Shown here: positions 24,030 through 37,900 of the stretch, in pieces
How the letters are laid out: each line of letters starts with the position of its first letter
Numbering within the stretch: position 1 is the first letter of the stretch
NCBI GenBank assembly: GCA_032718475.1
Contig: JAUCBJ010001454.1
Span: forward strand, 31,193-95,192
Length of the DNA: 64,000 nt
Source: Nemertoderma westbladi
Lineage: Eukaryota > Animalia > Xenacoelomorpha
Direction of reading: 5' to 3'
Notes under the pieces: generated by a model
Databases searched by the model: none
Seen by the model: the letters and a program-made list of their open reading frames with translations, nothing else
Told to the model about the DNA's origin: nothing
Translations under genes and position numbers: made by a program

Positions 24030-25375
24030 ATCTCGATGAAATCTCGCTTACTATAGCTCGTTAGATAGGTCTCGCCCTAACTCGTTGCAACGTAATACTC
24101 AGAGCCATCTGAAGTCCCCCCGTCTGCCGCTAGAGGGCGAATTATCCGATAGTGAAAACCTGATCTTATTGGGTTGTTTTTAATGCTTTTGAGCTGAAAT
24201 TTGGTAGCTATATACTGCAGCATAGGCTGTATATTTCCAGAGTCACTGGGTTGTCTACAGTTCCCCAGTCTACCGTTAGAGGGCTAAATGTCTGAGAGAT
24301 AACATCTTCTCCAACTTTATTATTTACAATCCGTTTTGACTGAAACTTGGTAGGCATCTACTACAGCATAGGCTGAATCTTTACTGAGTCGCAGAGTCGT
24401 CTACAATTTCCCAGTCTACCGCTAGAGGGCGAAATGTCTGCAAGTTAACATCTTCTCCAACTTTGTTATTTATAATCCATTTAGACTGAACTTGGTAGGC
24501 ATCTACTACAGCATAGGCTATATCTTTACTGAGTCGCACAGAGTTGTCTACAGTACCCGCGTCTGCCGCTAGAGGGCGAAATGTATGAAAGTTAACATCT
24601 TCTCCAACTTTGTTATTTACAAACCTTTTAGACTGAAACTTGGTAGGCATCTACTATAGCATAGGCTATATCTTTGCGGAGTAGTAGAGTCGTCTACAGT
24701 TCCACAGTCAGCCGCAAGAGGGCGAATTGTCTGATAGTGAAAACCTCATCCCATTTGGTTCTTTTTAATCCTTTTGAGCTGAAACTTGGCAGGTATCTAC
24801 TACATCCTAGGCTCTATCTTTACGGAGTTGCAGAGTCCTATACACTTCCCCAGTCTACCGCTAGAGGGTGAAATGTCTGAAAATTAACATCTTCTCCAAC
24901 TTTGTTATTTACAAACGGTTTAGACTGAAACTTGGTAGGCATCTACTACAGCATAGGCTCTACCTTTACAGAGTCGCAGAGTTGTATACAGTTCCCCTAT
25001 CTGCCGCTAGAGGGCGAATTGTCTGATAGTGAACACCTCATCCCAATTGGTTCTTTTTAATCCCTTTGAGCTGAAACTTGGCAGGAATCTACTGCAGCAT
25101 ATTCTGTATCTTTACGGAGTCCCAGAGTCGTCTACAGTTCTTCAGTCTACCGCTAGAAGTCTGAATGTGAACATCTACACCAATTTTGTTATTTACAATC
25201 TGTTTAAGCTGAAACTTGAAAGGCAGGCATTTTACTTCACCATAAACCCCATCTTTACCAAACTGCAGCGCCGTCTGCATTTCACCAGTCCGCAGGTAGA
25301 GGGTGGATCTGAAAGTGATCATTTTCTGGAAATTTTGTTATTTACAATCTGACTAAAGTTGAAACTTGACAGTTA
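24030..25375. repeat. Internal ~146-bp satellite of Helitron unit 1 (present in all units, variable copy number)
   Basis: g(c/t)tagaggg spacing 147 (24421 to 24568) and 146 (28742 to 28888); monomer ccgctagagggcgaaatgtctgaaagttaacatcttctccaactttg... Confidence 0.95.
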
Positions 25376-25531
25376 TCTCTTATGGGGGTGGTGTTTTATT
25401 TAATGATGGTGTCTGTTCTGTATGCAGTTCTCCAATCTCCCACACATATTCATATATCATCTGCACGTGCACTAGAAAGCTGTGGCCCGAAGGGCCACAG
25501 GCTTTCTAGTCTAATATATATAAATATCGAT

Positions 25532-25563
<32 letters not shown>

Positions 25564-27768
25564 ATCAGCTATACAATCGAACCCATCTCGATGAAATCTC
25601 GCTTGCTATAGCTCGTTAGAAAGGTCTCGCTCTAACTCGTTGCAACGTAATACTCAGAGTCGTCTGAAGTTCACCCGTCTGCCGCTAGAGGGCGATTTTC
25701 GTGATTTTCGGGCGAAATTTATCGAATTATTTCGGTTCTTCTATCGGTAATTAATTATTTAGAGGGCTAACATTTATCCCATCTGGTATAAAATTAACAT
25801 GAGTAGATTCGCCGTGTCCCATTCTCACAAAGTTTTTATTTTATTCGAGTGTTTAATATAAATATGTATGATTATTTATTGATTAAACACCAAATAGTGT
25901 ATAAATATGTCATATTCGCCAAGCACGATCGAATTGGCCTATTGGTATTGAATAAGGAAGGATTGTTTTCTGTATCATAGCAACGTTAAGGTAATTATTG
26001 AACTCGCAGCTAGCTGGCTGGGCACAGATAAGGAGCAAGCAGGCTGGAGTGTTGATTGGGGTGGGTTTGGGTTGTCTATTGCGAATTGCTCAGAGTAATT
26101 CTGTTTTCTCAATCATTGGCTGCATGGAAGGAGAGGTTTATAACATTTTTGTTTTACTGTTATGAATACCGGTATTAAAAGTAAAATAATTATTATTTCT
26201 GTAGGCCTATACTTACTGTATTATTATTTTATCTAATATTATACATCTAATCTCGATGAAATCTCGCTTACTATAGCTCGTTAGATAGGTCTCGCCCTAA
26301 CTCGTTGCAACGTAATACTCAGAGCCGTCTGAAGTTCCCCCGTCTGCCGCTAGAGGGCGAATTGTCCGATATTGAAAACCTGATCTCATTGGGTTGTTTT
26401 TAATGCTTTTGAGTTGAAACTCTGTAGCTATATACTGCAGCATAGGCTGTATATTTCCGGAGTCACTGAGTTGTCTACAGTTCCCCAGTCTACCGTTAGA
26501 GGGCTAAATGTCTGAGAGTTAACATCTTCTCCAACTTTGTTATTTATAATCCGTTTAGACTGAACTTGGTAGGCATCTACTACAGCATAGGCTATATCTT
26601 TACTGAGTCGCGCAGAGTTGTCTACAGTACCCGCGTCTGCCGCTAGAGGGTGAAATGTATGAAAGTAAACATATTTTCCAACTTTGTTATTTACAATCCT
26701 TTTATACTGGAACTTGGTAGGCATCTACTATAGCATAGGCTATATCTTTGCGGAGTAGTAGAGTCGTCTACAATTCCCCAGTCTACCGCTAGAGGGCGAA
26801 ATGTCTGAAAGTTAACATCTTCTCCAACTTTGTTATTTATAATCCATTTAGACTGAACTTGGTAGGCATCTACTACAGCATAGGCCATATCTTTACTGAG
26901 TCCCGCAGAGTTGTCTACATTACCCGCGTCTGCCGCTAGAGGGCGAAATGTATGAAAGTTAACATCTCCTCCAACTTTGTTATTTACAATCCTTTTAGAC
27001 TGAATCTTGGTAGGCATCTACTATAGCATAGGCTATATCTTTGCAGAGTAGTAGAGTCGTCTACAGTTCCACAGTCAGCCGCTAGAGGGCGAATTGTCTG
27101 ATAGTGAAAACCTCATCCCATTTGGTTCTTTTTAATCATTTTGAGCTGAAAATTGGTAGGCATCTACTACAGCATAGGCTGTACCTTTACGGAGTCGCAG
27201 AGTTGTATACAGTCCCCCCCCCATATGCCGCTAGAGGGCGAAATATCTGATAGTGAACACCTCATCCTATTTGGTTCTTTTTAATCCTATTGAGCTGGAA
27301 CTTGGCAGGAATCTACTACAGCATATTCTGTATCTTTACGGAGCCCCAGAGTCGTCTACAGTTCTTCAGTCTACCGCTAGAGGGTGAAATGTCTGAATGT
27401 AAACATCTACACCAATTTTGTTATTTACAATCTGTTTAAGCTGAAACTTGAAAGGCAGGCATTTTACTTCACCATAAACCCCATCTTTACCAAACTGCAG
27501 CGCCGTCTGCATTTCACCAGTCCGCAGGTAGAGGGTGGATCTGAAAGTGATCATTTTTCTGGAAATTTTGTTATTTACAATCTGCCTAAAGTTGAAACTT
27601 GACAGTTATCTCTTATGGCGGTGGCGTTTTATTTAATGATGGTGTCTGTTCCGTATGCAGTTCTCAAATCTCAAACACATATTCATATATCATCTGCACT
27701 GCACGTGCACTAGAAAGCTGTGGCCCGAAGGGCCACAGGCTTTCTAGTCTAATATATATAAATCTCGA

Positions 27769-27804
<36 letters not shown>

Positions 27805-30035
27805 GTGTTTGTCATCGGCTATACAATCGAACCCATCTCGATGAAATCTCGCTTGCTATATCTCGTTAGAAAGGTCTCGCCCTAACTCGTTGCAACGTAA
27901 TACTCAGAGCCGTCTGAAGTTCGCCCGTCTGCCGCTAGAGGGCGATTTTCGTGATTTTCGGGCGAAATTTATCGAATTATTTCGGTTCTTCTATCGGTAA
28001 TTAATGATTTAGAGGGCTAACATTTATCCCACCTGGTATAAAATTAACATGGGTAGATTCGCCGTGTCCCATTCTCACAAAGTTTTTATTTTATTCGAGT
28101 GTTTAATATAAATATGTATGATTATTTATTGATTAAAAATCAAATAGTGTATAAATATGTCATATTCGCCAAGCAGGATCGAATTGGCCTATTGCTATTG
28201 AATAGGGAAGGATTGTTTTCTGTATCATAGCAACGTTAAGGTAATTATTGAACTCGCAGCTAGCTGGCTGGGCACAGATAAGGAGCAAGCAGGCTGGAGT
28301 GTTGATTGGGGTGGGTTTGGGTTGTCTATTGCTAATTGCTCAGAGTAATTCTGCTTTTTCAATCATTGGCTGCAGGGAAGGACAGGTTTATAACATTTTT
28401 GTTTTACTGTTATGAATATTAAAAGTAAAATAATTATTTCTGTAGGCCTATACTTACTGTATTATTATTTTATCTAATATTATACATCTAATCTCGATGA
28501 AATCTCGCTTACTATAGCTCGTTAGATAGGTCTTGCCCTAACTTGTTGCAACGTAATACTCAGAGCCGTCTGAAGTTCCACCGTCTGCCGCTAGAGGGCG
28601 AATTGTTCGATACTGAAAACCTGATCTCATTGGGTTGTTTTTAATGCTTTTGAGCTGAAACTTGGTTGCTATATACTGCAGCAGCAGCATAGGCTGTATA
28701 TTTCCGGAGTCACTGAGTTGTCCACAGTTCCCCAGTCTACCGTTAGAGGGCTAAATGTCTGAGAGTTAACATCTTCTCCAACTTTGTTATTTACAATCCG
28801 TTTAGACTGAAACTTGGTAGGCATCTACTACAGCAAAGGCTGTATCTTTACTGAGTCGCAGAGTCGTCTACAATTCCCCAGTCTACCGCTAGAGGGCGAA
28901 ATGTCTGAAAGTTAACATCTTCTCCAACTTTGTTATTTACAATCCGTTTAGACTGAACCTTGGTAGGCATCTACTACAGCAAAGGCTGTATCTTTACTGA
29001 GTCGCAGAGTCGTCTACAATTCCCCAGTCTACCGTTAGAGGGCTAAATGTCTGAGAGATAACATCTTCTCCAACTTTGTTATTTACAATCCGTTTAGACT
29101 GAAACTTGGTAGGCATCTACTACAGCAAAGGCTGTATCTTTACTGAGTCGCAGAGTCGTCTACAATTCCCCAGTCTACCGCTAGAGGGCGAAATGTCTGA
29201 AAGTTAACATCTTCTCCAACTTTGTTATTTACAATCCGTTTAGACTGAAACTTGGTAGGCAACTACTACAGCAAAGGCTGTATCTTTACTGAGTCGCAGA
29301 GTCGTCTACAATTCCCCAGTCTACCGTTAGAGGGCTAAATGTCTGAGAGTTAACATCTTCTCCAACTTTGTTATTTACAATCCGTTTAGACTGAAACTTG
29401 GTAGGCATCTACTACAGCAAAGGCTGTATCTTTACTGAGTCGCAGAGTCGTCTAAAATTCCCCAGTCTACCGCTAGAGGGCGAAATGTCTGAGAGTTAAC
29501 ATCTTCTCCAACTTTGTTATTTACAATCCGTTTAGACTGAAACTTGGTAGGCATCTACTACAGCAAAGGCTGTATCTTTACTGAGTCACAGAGTCGTCTA
29601 CAATTCCCCAGTCTACCGCTAGAGGGCTAAATGTCTGAGAGTTAACATCTTCTCCAACTTTGTTATTTACAATCCGTTTAGACTGAAACTTGGTAGGCAT
29701 CTACTATAGCATAGGCTATATCTTTGCGGAGTAGTAGAGTCATCTACAGTTCCACAGTCAGCCGCTAGAGGGCGAATTGTCTGATAGTGAAAACCTCATC
29801 CCATTTGGTTCTTTTTAATCATTTTGAGCTGAAACTTGGTTGGTATCTACTACATCATAGGCTGTATCTTTACGGGGTTGCAGAATCCTATTCACTTCCC
29901 CAGTCTACCGCTAGAGGGTTAAATGTCTGAAAGTTAACATCTTCTCCAACTTGTTATTTACTAACGGTTTAGACTGAAACTTGGTAGGCTTCTACTACAG
30001 CATAGGCTGTACCTTTTCGGAGTCACAGAGTTCTA

Positions 30036-30092
30036 AGTGGTTAGCATAACTGAACGTTTTTCGGGAGACGCGGGTTCGATCCCCGCTGGTGG
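30036..30092 (+). other. 57-bp tRNA-like fragment inserted into one satellite monomer
   Basis: agtggttagcataactgaacgtttttcgggagacgcgggttcgatccccgctggtgg replaces 'ta' relative to the sister monomer at 41691-41720; D-loop remnant TGG, T-arm gcggg-ttcgatc-cccgc. Confidence 0.75.
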
Positions 30093-30563
30093 CAGTCCGT
30101 ATCTGCCGCTAGAGGGCGAAATATCTGATAGTGAACACCTCATCCCATTTGGTTCTTTTTAATCCTATTGAGCTGGAACTTGGCAGGAGTCTACTACAGC
30201 ATATTCTGTATCTTTACGGAGTCCCAGAGTCGTCTACAGTTCTTCAGTCTACCGCTAGAGGGTGAAATGTCTGAATGTGAACATCTACACCAATTTTGTT
30301 ATTTACAATCTGTTTAAGCTGAAACTTGAAAGGCAGGCATTTTACTTCACCATAAACCCAATCTTTACCAAACTGCAGCGCCGTCTGCATTTCACCAGTC
30401 CGCAGGTAGAGGGTGGATCTGAAAGTGATCATTTTCTGGAAATTTTGTTATTTACAATCTGCCTAAAGTTGAAACTTGACAGTTATCTCTTATGGGGGTG
30501 GTGTTTTATTTAATGATGGTGTCTGTTCCGTATGCAGTTCTCAAATCTCCCACACATATTCAT

Positions 30564-31978
30564 TAGGGCGGTGCGTTTTTTACTTTTTTTCGATTTCATT
30601 GTTCTACCGGTGCACAAAAGTTGCCAAATGGTAAAAAAATATGGCAAAAAAAAATTCTTTAAATTTCGTCTATGTCTTCACGGATCCCAAGAGGGTTGAA
30701 ATTTTGTGCCATCGCGATGCACCATAATGAAATTTATAACAATATAACACATTGATAAAATATCAATGACTCAAAAAAGAACTTCCTGCATGCATCAAAT
30801 GTCATCAAATGGGCCCAAACTTAGTTAGATACCAAAATTTCAATTTTTGGATCAAGGGAAGTTGTGCCACAGGCACATGACCACAACCTACTGTTTGGCG
30901 CAAGTGATGATTATTCTCAATTTTGGTGAAGGGCAACTTTTAGTTCTCCTACGGCATTATTATTATGCTCATTAGAACCGCAATGACCGACTTAGTGGGG
31001 GTAGACACCATCAAAACAAGCATAGAGCGAATAGTTCTTGAGATATTACAGAAAATGTTAAGTACGGCACATGTCAACATTACTGCCTTGATGATTTATA
31101 GACAAATACACAAAAATGTTACTTCTAATTATCTTAAGGCATCAAAAATATACACATCGACATCACTGCAACAAATTGATTTAGTGTATACAGAGACCTT
31201 CAAAATTAAAGAGAAGTACATAATTCACTATAGTTTTTGTACAAAATGTGTGGAATGGGTCAACTCAATATCAAGTAGTAATTGGTGGACATAGTCTTGA
31301 CATTTTGTAAAATAACTCAAGAACTAATGACTCTACTCTTATTTTGAAGGTGTCTTCACCCACTATATCGATCATTTATGTGATGTGTCTATTTTTTGAT
31401 TCCTTGAGGTAATTCAAAATATCACTTATTGTGTATGTGTCCATATCACATCAAGGCGGTAATGTAGACTTGTGCCATACTTCACATTTTCTGCGATATC
31501 TCAAGAACTATTCGCTCTACGTTTGTTTTGAAGGTGTCTACCCCCACTAAATCGGCCATTGCGGTTCTAATGAGCATAATATGAATGCAGTAAGAGAACT
31601 CAAAGTTGGCCATCGCGAAAATTGAGAATAATCATCACTTGCGCCAAATGGTAGGTTCTGGCCATGTGCCTGTGGCACTAGTTCCCTTGACCCAAAAGTT
31701 AAAATTTTGGTATCTAACTAAGTTTGGACCCATTTGATGACATTTGATGCATGCAGGAAGTTCTTTTTTGAGTCATTGATCTTTCATCAATGTGTTATAT
31801 TGTTATACATTTCATTATGGTGCATCGCGAAGGCACAAAATTTCAACCCTCTTGGGATCCGTGAAGATATAGATGAAATTTGAAGAAATTTTTTTTGCCT
31901 TATTTTTTTACCATTTGGCAACTTTTGTGCACCGGTAGAACAATGAAATCGAAAAAAAGTAAAAAACGCACCGCCCTA
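30564..31978. mobile_element. 1415-bp foldback non-autonomous hAT-type DNA transposon inserted in Helitron unit 3
   Basis: TIR TAGGGCGGTGCGTTTTTTAC...; perfect 8-bp TSD atattcat (30556-30563, 31979-31986); inverted arms extend ~650 bp. Confidence 0.9.
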
Positions 31979-34900
31979 ATATTCATATATCATCTGCACG
32001 TGCACTAGAAAGTTGTGGCCCGAAGGGCCACAGGCTTTCTAGTCTAATATATATAAATATCGATTGTCTGTCAGTCAGTCAGTCAGTCTGTCTGTGTGTT
32101 TGTCATCGGCTATACAATCGAACCCATCTCGATGAAATCTCGCTTGCTATAGCTCGTTAGAAAGGTCTCGCCCTAACTCGTTGCAACGTAATACTCAGAG
32201 CCGTCTGAAGTTCGCCCGTCTGCCGCTAGAGGGCGATTTTCGTGATTTTCGGGCGAAATTCATCGAATTATTTCGGTTCTTCTATCGGTAATTAATGATT
32301 TAGAGGGCTAACATTTATCCCACCTGGTCTAAAATTAACATGGGTAGATTCGCCGTGTCCCATTCTCACAAAGTTTTTATTTTATTCGAGTGTTTAATAT
32401 AAATATGTATGATTATTTATTGATTAAAAATCAAATAGTGTATAAATATGTCATATTCGCCAAGCACGATCGAATTGGCCTATTCTTAGTGCTGTAGTTA
32501 ATAGGGAAGGATTTTTTCCTGTATCATAGCAACGTTAAGGTAATTATTGGACTCGCAGCTAGCTGCTGGCTGGGCACAGATAAGGAGCAAGCAGGCTGGA
32601 GTGTTGATTGGGGTGGGTTTGGGTTGTCTATTGCGAATTGCTCAGAGTAATTCTGCTTTCTCAATCATTGGCTGCATGGAAGGAGAGGTTTATAACATTT
32701 TTGTTTTACTTTTATGAATATTAAAAGTAAAATAATTATTTCTGTAGGCCTGTACTTACTGTATTATTATTTTATCTAATATTATACATCTAATCTCGAT
32801 GAAATCTCGCTTACTATAGCTCGTTAGATAGGTCTCGCCCTAACTCGTTGCAACGTAATACTCATAACCGTCTGAAGTTCCCCCGTCTGCCGCTAGAGGG
32901 CGAATTGTCCGAAAGTGAAAACCTGATCTTATTGAGTTGTTTTTAATGCTTTTGAGCTGAAACTTGGTAGCTATATACTGCAGCCTATGCTGTATATTTC
33001 CGGAGTCACTGAGTTGTCTACAGTTCCCCAGTCTACCGTTAGAGGGATATATGTCTGAGAGTTAACATCTTCTCCAACTTTGTTATTTACAATCCATTTA
33101 GACTAAAACTTGGTAGGCATCTACTACAGCATAGGCTGTATCTTTACTGAGTAGCAGAGTCGTCTACAATTCCCCGGTCTACCGCTAGAGGGCGAAATGT
33201 CTGAATTCTGAAAGTTAACATCTTCTCCAACTTTGTTATTTTTAATGCTTTTGAGCTGAAACTTGGTAGCTATATACTGCAGCATAGGCTGTATATTTCC
33301 GGAGTCACTGATTTGTCTACAGTTCCCCAGTCTACCGTTAGATGGCTAAATGTCTGAGAGTTAACATCTTCTCCAACTGTGTTATTTACAATCCGATTAG
33401 ACTGAAACTTGGTAGGCATCTACTACAGCATAGGCTGTATCTTTACAGAGTAGGAGAGTCGTCTACAATTCCCCGGTCTACCGCTAGAGGGCGAAATGCC
33501 TGAAAGTTAACATCTTCTCCAACTTTGTTATTTTTAATGCTTTTGAGCTAAAACTTGGTAGCTATATACTGCAGCATATGCTGTATATTTCCGGAGTCAC
33601 TGAGTTGTCTACAGTTCCCCAGTCTACCGTTAGAGGGCTAAATGTCTGAGAGTTAACATCTTCTCCAACTTTGTCATTTACAATCCGTTTAGACTGAACT
33701 TGGTAGGCATCTACAACAGCATAGGCTGTATCTTTACTGAGTCGCAGAGTCGTCTACAATTCCCCAGTCTACCGCTAGAGGGCGAAATGTCTGAAAGTTA
33801 ACATCTTCTCCAACTTTGTTATTTATAATCCGTTTAGACTGAACTTGGTAGGCATCTACTACAGCATAGGCTGTATCTTTACTGAGTCGCAGAGTCGTCT
33901 ACAATTCCCCAGTCTACCGCTAGAGGGCGAAATGTCTGAAAGTTAACATCTTCTCCAACTTTGTCATTTACAATCCGTTTAGACTGAACTTGGTAGGCAT
34001 CTACTACAGCATAGGCTGTATCTTTACTGAGTCGCAGAGTCGTCTACAATTCCCCAGTCTACCGCTAGAGGGCGAAATGTCTGAAAGTTAACATCTTCTC
34101 CAACTTTGTTATTTATAATCCGTTTAGACTGAACTTGGTAGGCATCTACTACAGCATAGGCTATATCTTTACTGAGTCGCGCAGAGTTGTCTACAGTACC
34201 TGCGTCTGCCGCTAGAGGGCGAAATGTATGAAAGTTAACATCTTCTCCAACTTTGTTATTTACAATCCTTTTAGACTGAAACTTTGTAGGCATCTACTAT
34301 AGCATAGGCTATATCTTTGCGGAGTAGTAGAGTCGTCTACAGTTCCACAGTCAGCCGCTAGAGGGCGAATTGTCTGATAGTGAAAACCTCATCCCATTTG
34401 GTTATTTTTAATCCTTTTGAGCTGAAACTTGGCAGGTATCTACTACATCCTAGGCTCTATCTTTACGGAGTTGCAGAGTCCTATACACTTCCCCAGTCTA
34501 TCGCTAGAGGGTGAAATGTCTGAAAGTTAACATCTTCTCCAACTTTGTTATTTACAAACGGTTTAGACTGAAACTTGGTAGGCATCTACTACAGCATAGG
34601 CTCTACCTTTACGGAGTCGCAGAGTTGTATGCAGTTCCCCTATTGCCGCTAGAGGGCGAATTGTCTGATAGTGAATACCTCATCCCAATTGGTTCTTTTT
34701 AATCCCTTTGAGCTGAAACTTGGCAGGAATCTACTACAGCATATTCTGTATCTTTACAGAGTCCCAGAGTCGTCTACAGTTCTTCAGTCTACCGCTAGAG
34801 GGTGAAATGTCTGAATGTGAACATCTACACCAATTTTGTTATTTACAATCTGTTTAAGCTGAAACTTGAAAGGCAGGCATTTTACTTCACCATAAACCCC

Positions 34901-37900
34901 ATCTTTACCAAACTGCAGCGCCGTCTGCATTTCACCAGTCCGCAGGTAGAGGGTGGATCTGAAAGTGATCATTTTCTGGAAATTTTGTTATTTACAATCT
35001 GACTAAAGTTGAAACTTGGCAGTTATCTCTTATGGGGGTGGTGTTTTATTTAATGATGGTGTCTGTTCCGTATGCAGTTCTCCAATCTCCCACACATATT
35101 CATATATCATCTGCACGTGCACTAGAAAGCTGTGGCCCGAAGGGCCACAGGCTTTCTAGTCTATATATATAAATATCGATTGTCTGTCTGTGTGTTTGTC
35201 ATCGGCTATACAATCGAACCCATCTCGATGAAATCTCGCTTGCTATAGCTCGTTAGAAAGGTCTCGCTCTAACTCGTTGCAACGTAATACTCAGACTCGT
35301 CTGAAGTTCACCCGTCTGCTGCTAGAGGGCGATTTTCGTAATTTTCGGGCGAATTTAACGAATTATTTCGGTTCTTCTATCGGTAATTAATGATTTCGAG
35401 GGCTAACATTTATCCCACCTGGTATAAAATTAACATGGGTAGATTCGCCGTGTCCCATTCTCACAGAGTTTTTATTTTATTCGAGTGTTTAATATACATA
35501 TGTATGATTATTTATTGAGTAAAAATCAAATAGTGTATAAATATGTCATATTCGCCAAGCACGATCGAATTGGCCTATTGGTATTGAATAGGGAAGGATT
35601 GTTTTCTGTATCATAGCAACGTTGAGTTAATTATTGAACTCGCAGCTAGCTGGCTGGGCACAGATAAGGCTGGAGTGTTGATTGGGGTGGGTTTGGGTTG
35701 TCTGTTGCGAATTGCTCAGAGTAATTCTGCTTTCTCAATCATTGGCTGCATGGAAGGAGAGGTTTATAACATTTTTGTTTTACTGTTATGAATATTAAAA
35801 GTAAAATATTTATTTCTGTAGGCGTATACTTACTGTATTATTATTTTATCTAATATTATACATCTAATCTCGATGAAATCTCGCTTACTATAGCTCGTTC
35901 GATATGTTTCGCCCTAACTCGTTGCAACGTAATAACTCAGAGCCGTCTGAAGTTCCCCCGTCTGCCGCTAGGGGGCGAATTGTCCGATAGTGAAAACCTG
36001 ATCTCATTGGGTTGTTTTTAATGCTTTTGAGCTGAAACTTGGTAGCTTTATACTGCAGCATAGGCTGTATATTTCCGGAGTCACTGAGTTGTCTACAGTT
36101 CCCCAGTCTACCGTTAGAGGGCTAAATGTCTGAGAGTTAACATCTTCTCCAACTTTGTTATTTACAATCCGTTTAGACTGAAACTTGGTAGGCATCTACT
36201 ACAGCATAGGCTGTATCTTTACTAAGTCGCAGAGTCGTCTACAATTCCCCAGTCTACCGCTAGAGGGCGAAATATCTGAAAGTTAACATCTTCTCCAACT
36301 TTGTTATTTATAATCCATTTAGACTGAACTTGGTAGGCATCTACTACAGCATAGGCTGAGTCGCAGAGTCGTCTACAATTTCCCAATCTACCCCCTACCG
36401 CTAGAGGGCGAAATGTCTGCAAGTTAACATCTTCTCTAACTTTGTTATTTATAATCCATTTAGACTGAACTTGGTAGGCATCTACTACAGCATAGGCTAT
36501 ATCTTTACTGAGTCGCGCAGAGTTGTCTACAGTACCCGCATCTGCCGCTAGAGGGCGAAATGTATGAAAGTTAACATCTTCTCCAACTTTGTTATTTACA
36601 AAGAGGGCGAATTGTCTGATAGTGAAAACCTCATCCCATTTGGTTCTTTTTAATCCTTTTGAGCTGAAACTTGGCAGGTATCTACTACGTCCTAGGCTCT
36701 ATCTTTACGGAGTTGCAGAGTCCTATACACTTCCCCAGTCTACCGCTAGAGGGTGAAATGTCTGAAAGTTAACATCTTCTCCAACTTTGTTATTTACAAA
36801 CGGTTTAGACTGAAACTTGGTAGGCATCTACTACAGCATAGGCTCTACCTTTACGGAGTCGCAGAGTTGTATACAGTTCCCCTATCTGCCGCTAGAGGGC
36901 GAATTGTCTGATAGTGAACACCTCATCCCAATTGGTTCTTTTTAATCCCTTTGAGCTGAAACTTGGCAGGAATCTACTACAGCATATTCTGTATCTTTAC
37001 GGAGTCCCAGAGTCGTCTACAGTTCTTCAGTCTACCGCTAGAAGTCTGAATGTGAACATCTACACCAATTTTGTTATTTACAATCTGTTTAAGCTGAAAC
37101 TTGAAAGGCAGGCATTTTACTTCACCATAAACCCTGTCTTTACCAAACTGCAGCGCCGTCTGCATTTCACCAGTCCGCAGGTAGAGGGTGGATCTGAAAG
37201 TGATCATTTTCTGGAAATTTTGTTATTTACAATCTGCCTAAAGTTGAAACTTGACAGTTATCTCTTATGGGGGTGGTGTTTTATTTAATGATGGTGTCTG
37301 TTCCGTATGCAGTTCTCAAATCTCCCACACATATTCATATATCCTCTGCACGTGCACTAGAAAGCTGTGGCCCGAAGGGCCACAGGCTTTCTAGTCTATC
37401 TATATATATAAATATCGATTGTCTGTCTGTGTGTTTGTCATCGGCTATACAATCGAACCCATCTCGATGATATCTCGCTTGCTATAGCTCGTTAGAAAGG
37501 TCTCGCTCTAACTCGTTGCAACGTAATACTCAGACTCGTCTGAAGTTCACCCGTCTGCCGCTAGAGGGCGATTTTCGTGATTTTCGGGCGAATTTAACGA
37601 ATTATTTCGGTTCTTCTATCGGTAATTAATGATTTCGAGGGCTAACATTTATCCCACCTGGTATAAAATTAACATGGGTAGATTCGCCGTGTCCCATTCT
37701 CACAGAGTTTTTATTTTATTCGAGTGTTTAATATAAATATGTATGATTATTTATTGAGTAAAAATCAAATAGTGTATAAATATGTCATATTCGCCAAGCA
37801 CGATCGAATTGGCCTATTGGTATTGAATAGGGAAGGATTGTTTTCTGTATCATAGCAACGTTAAGTTAATTATTGAACTCGCAGCTAGCTGGCTGGGCAC

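Noticed and set aside
30965-31294. 109-aa ORF as a transposase fragment
   Set aside because: Lies within the palindromic arm and has no hAT transposase motifs.
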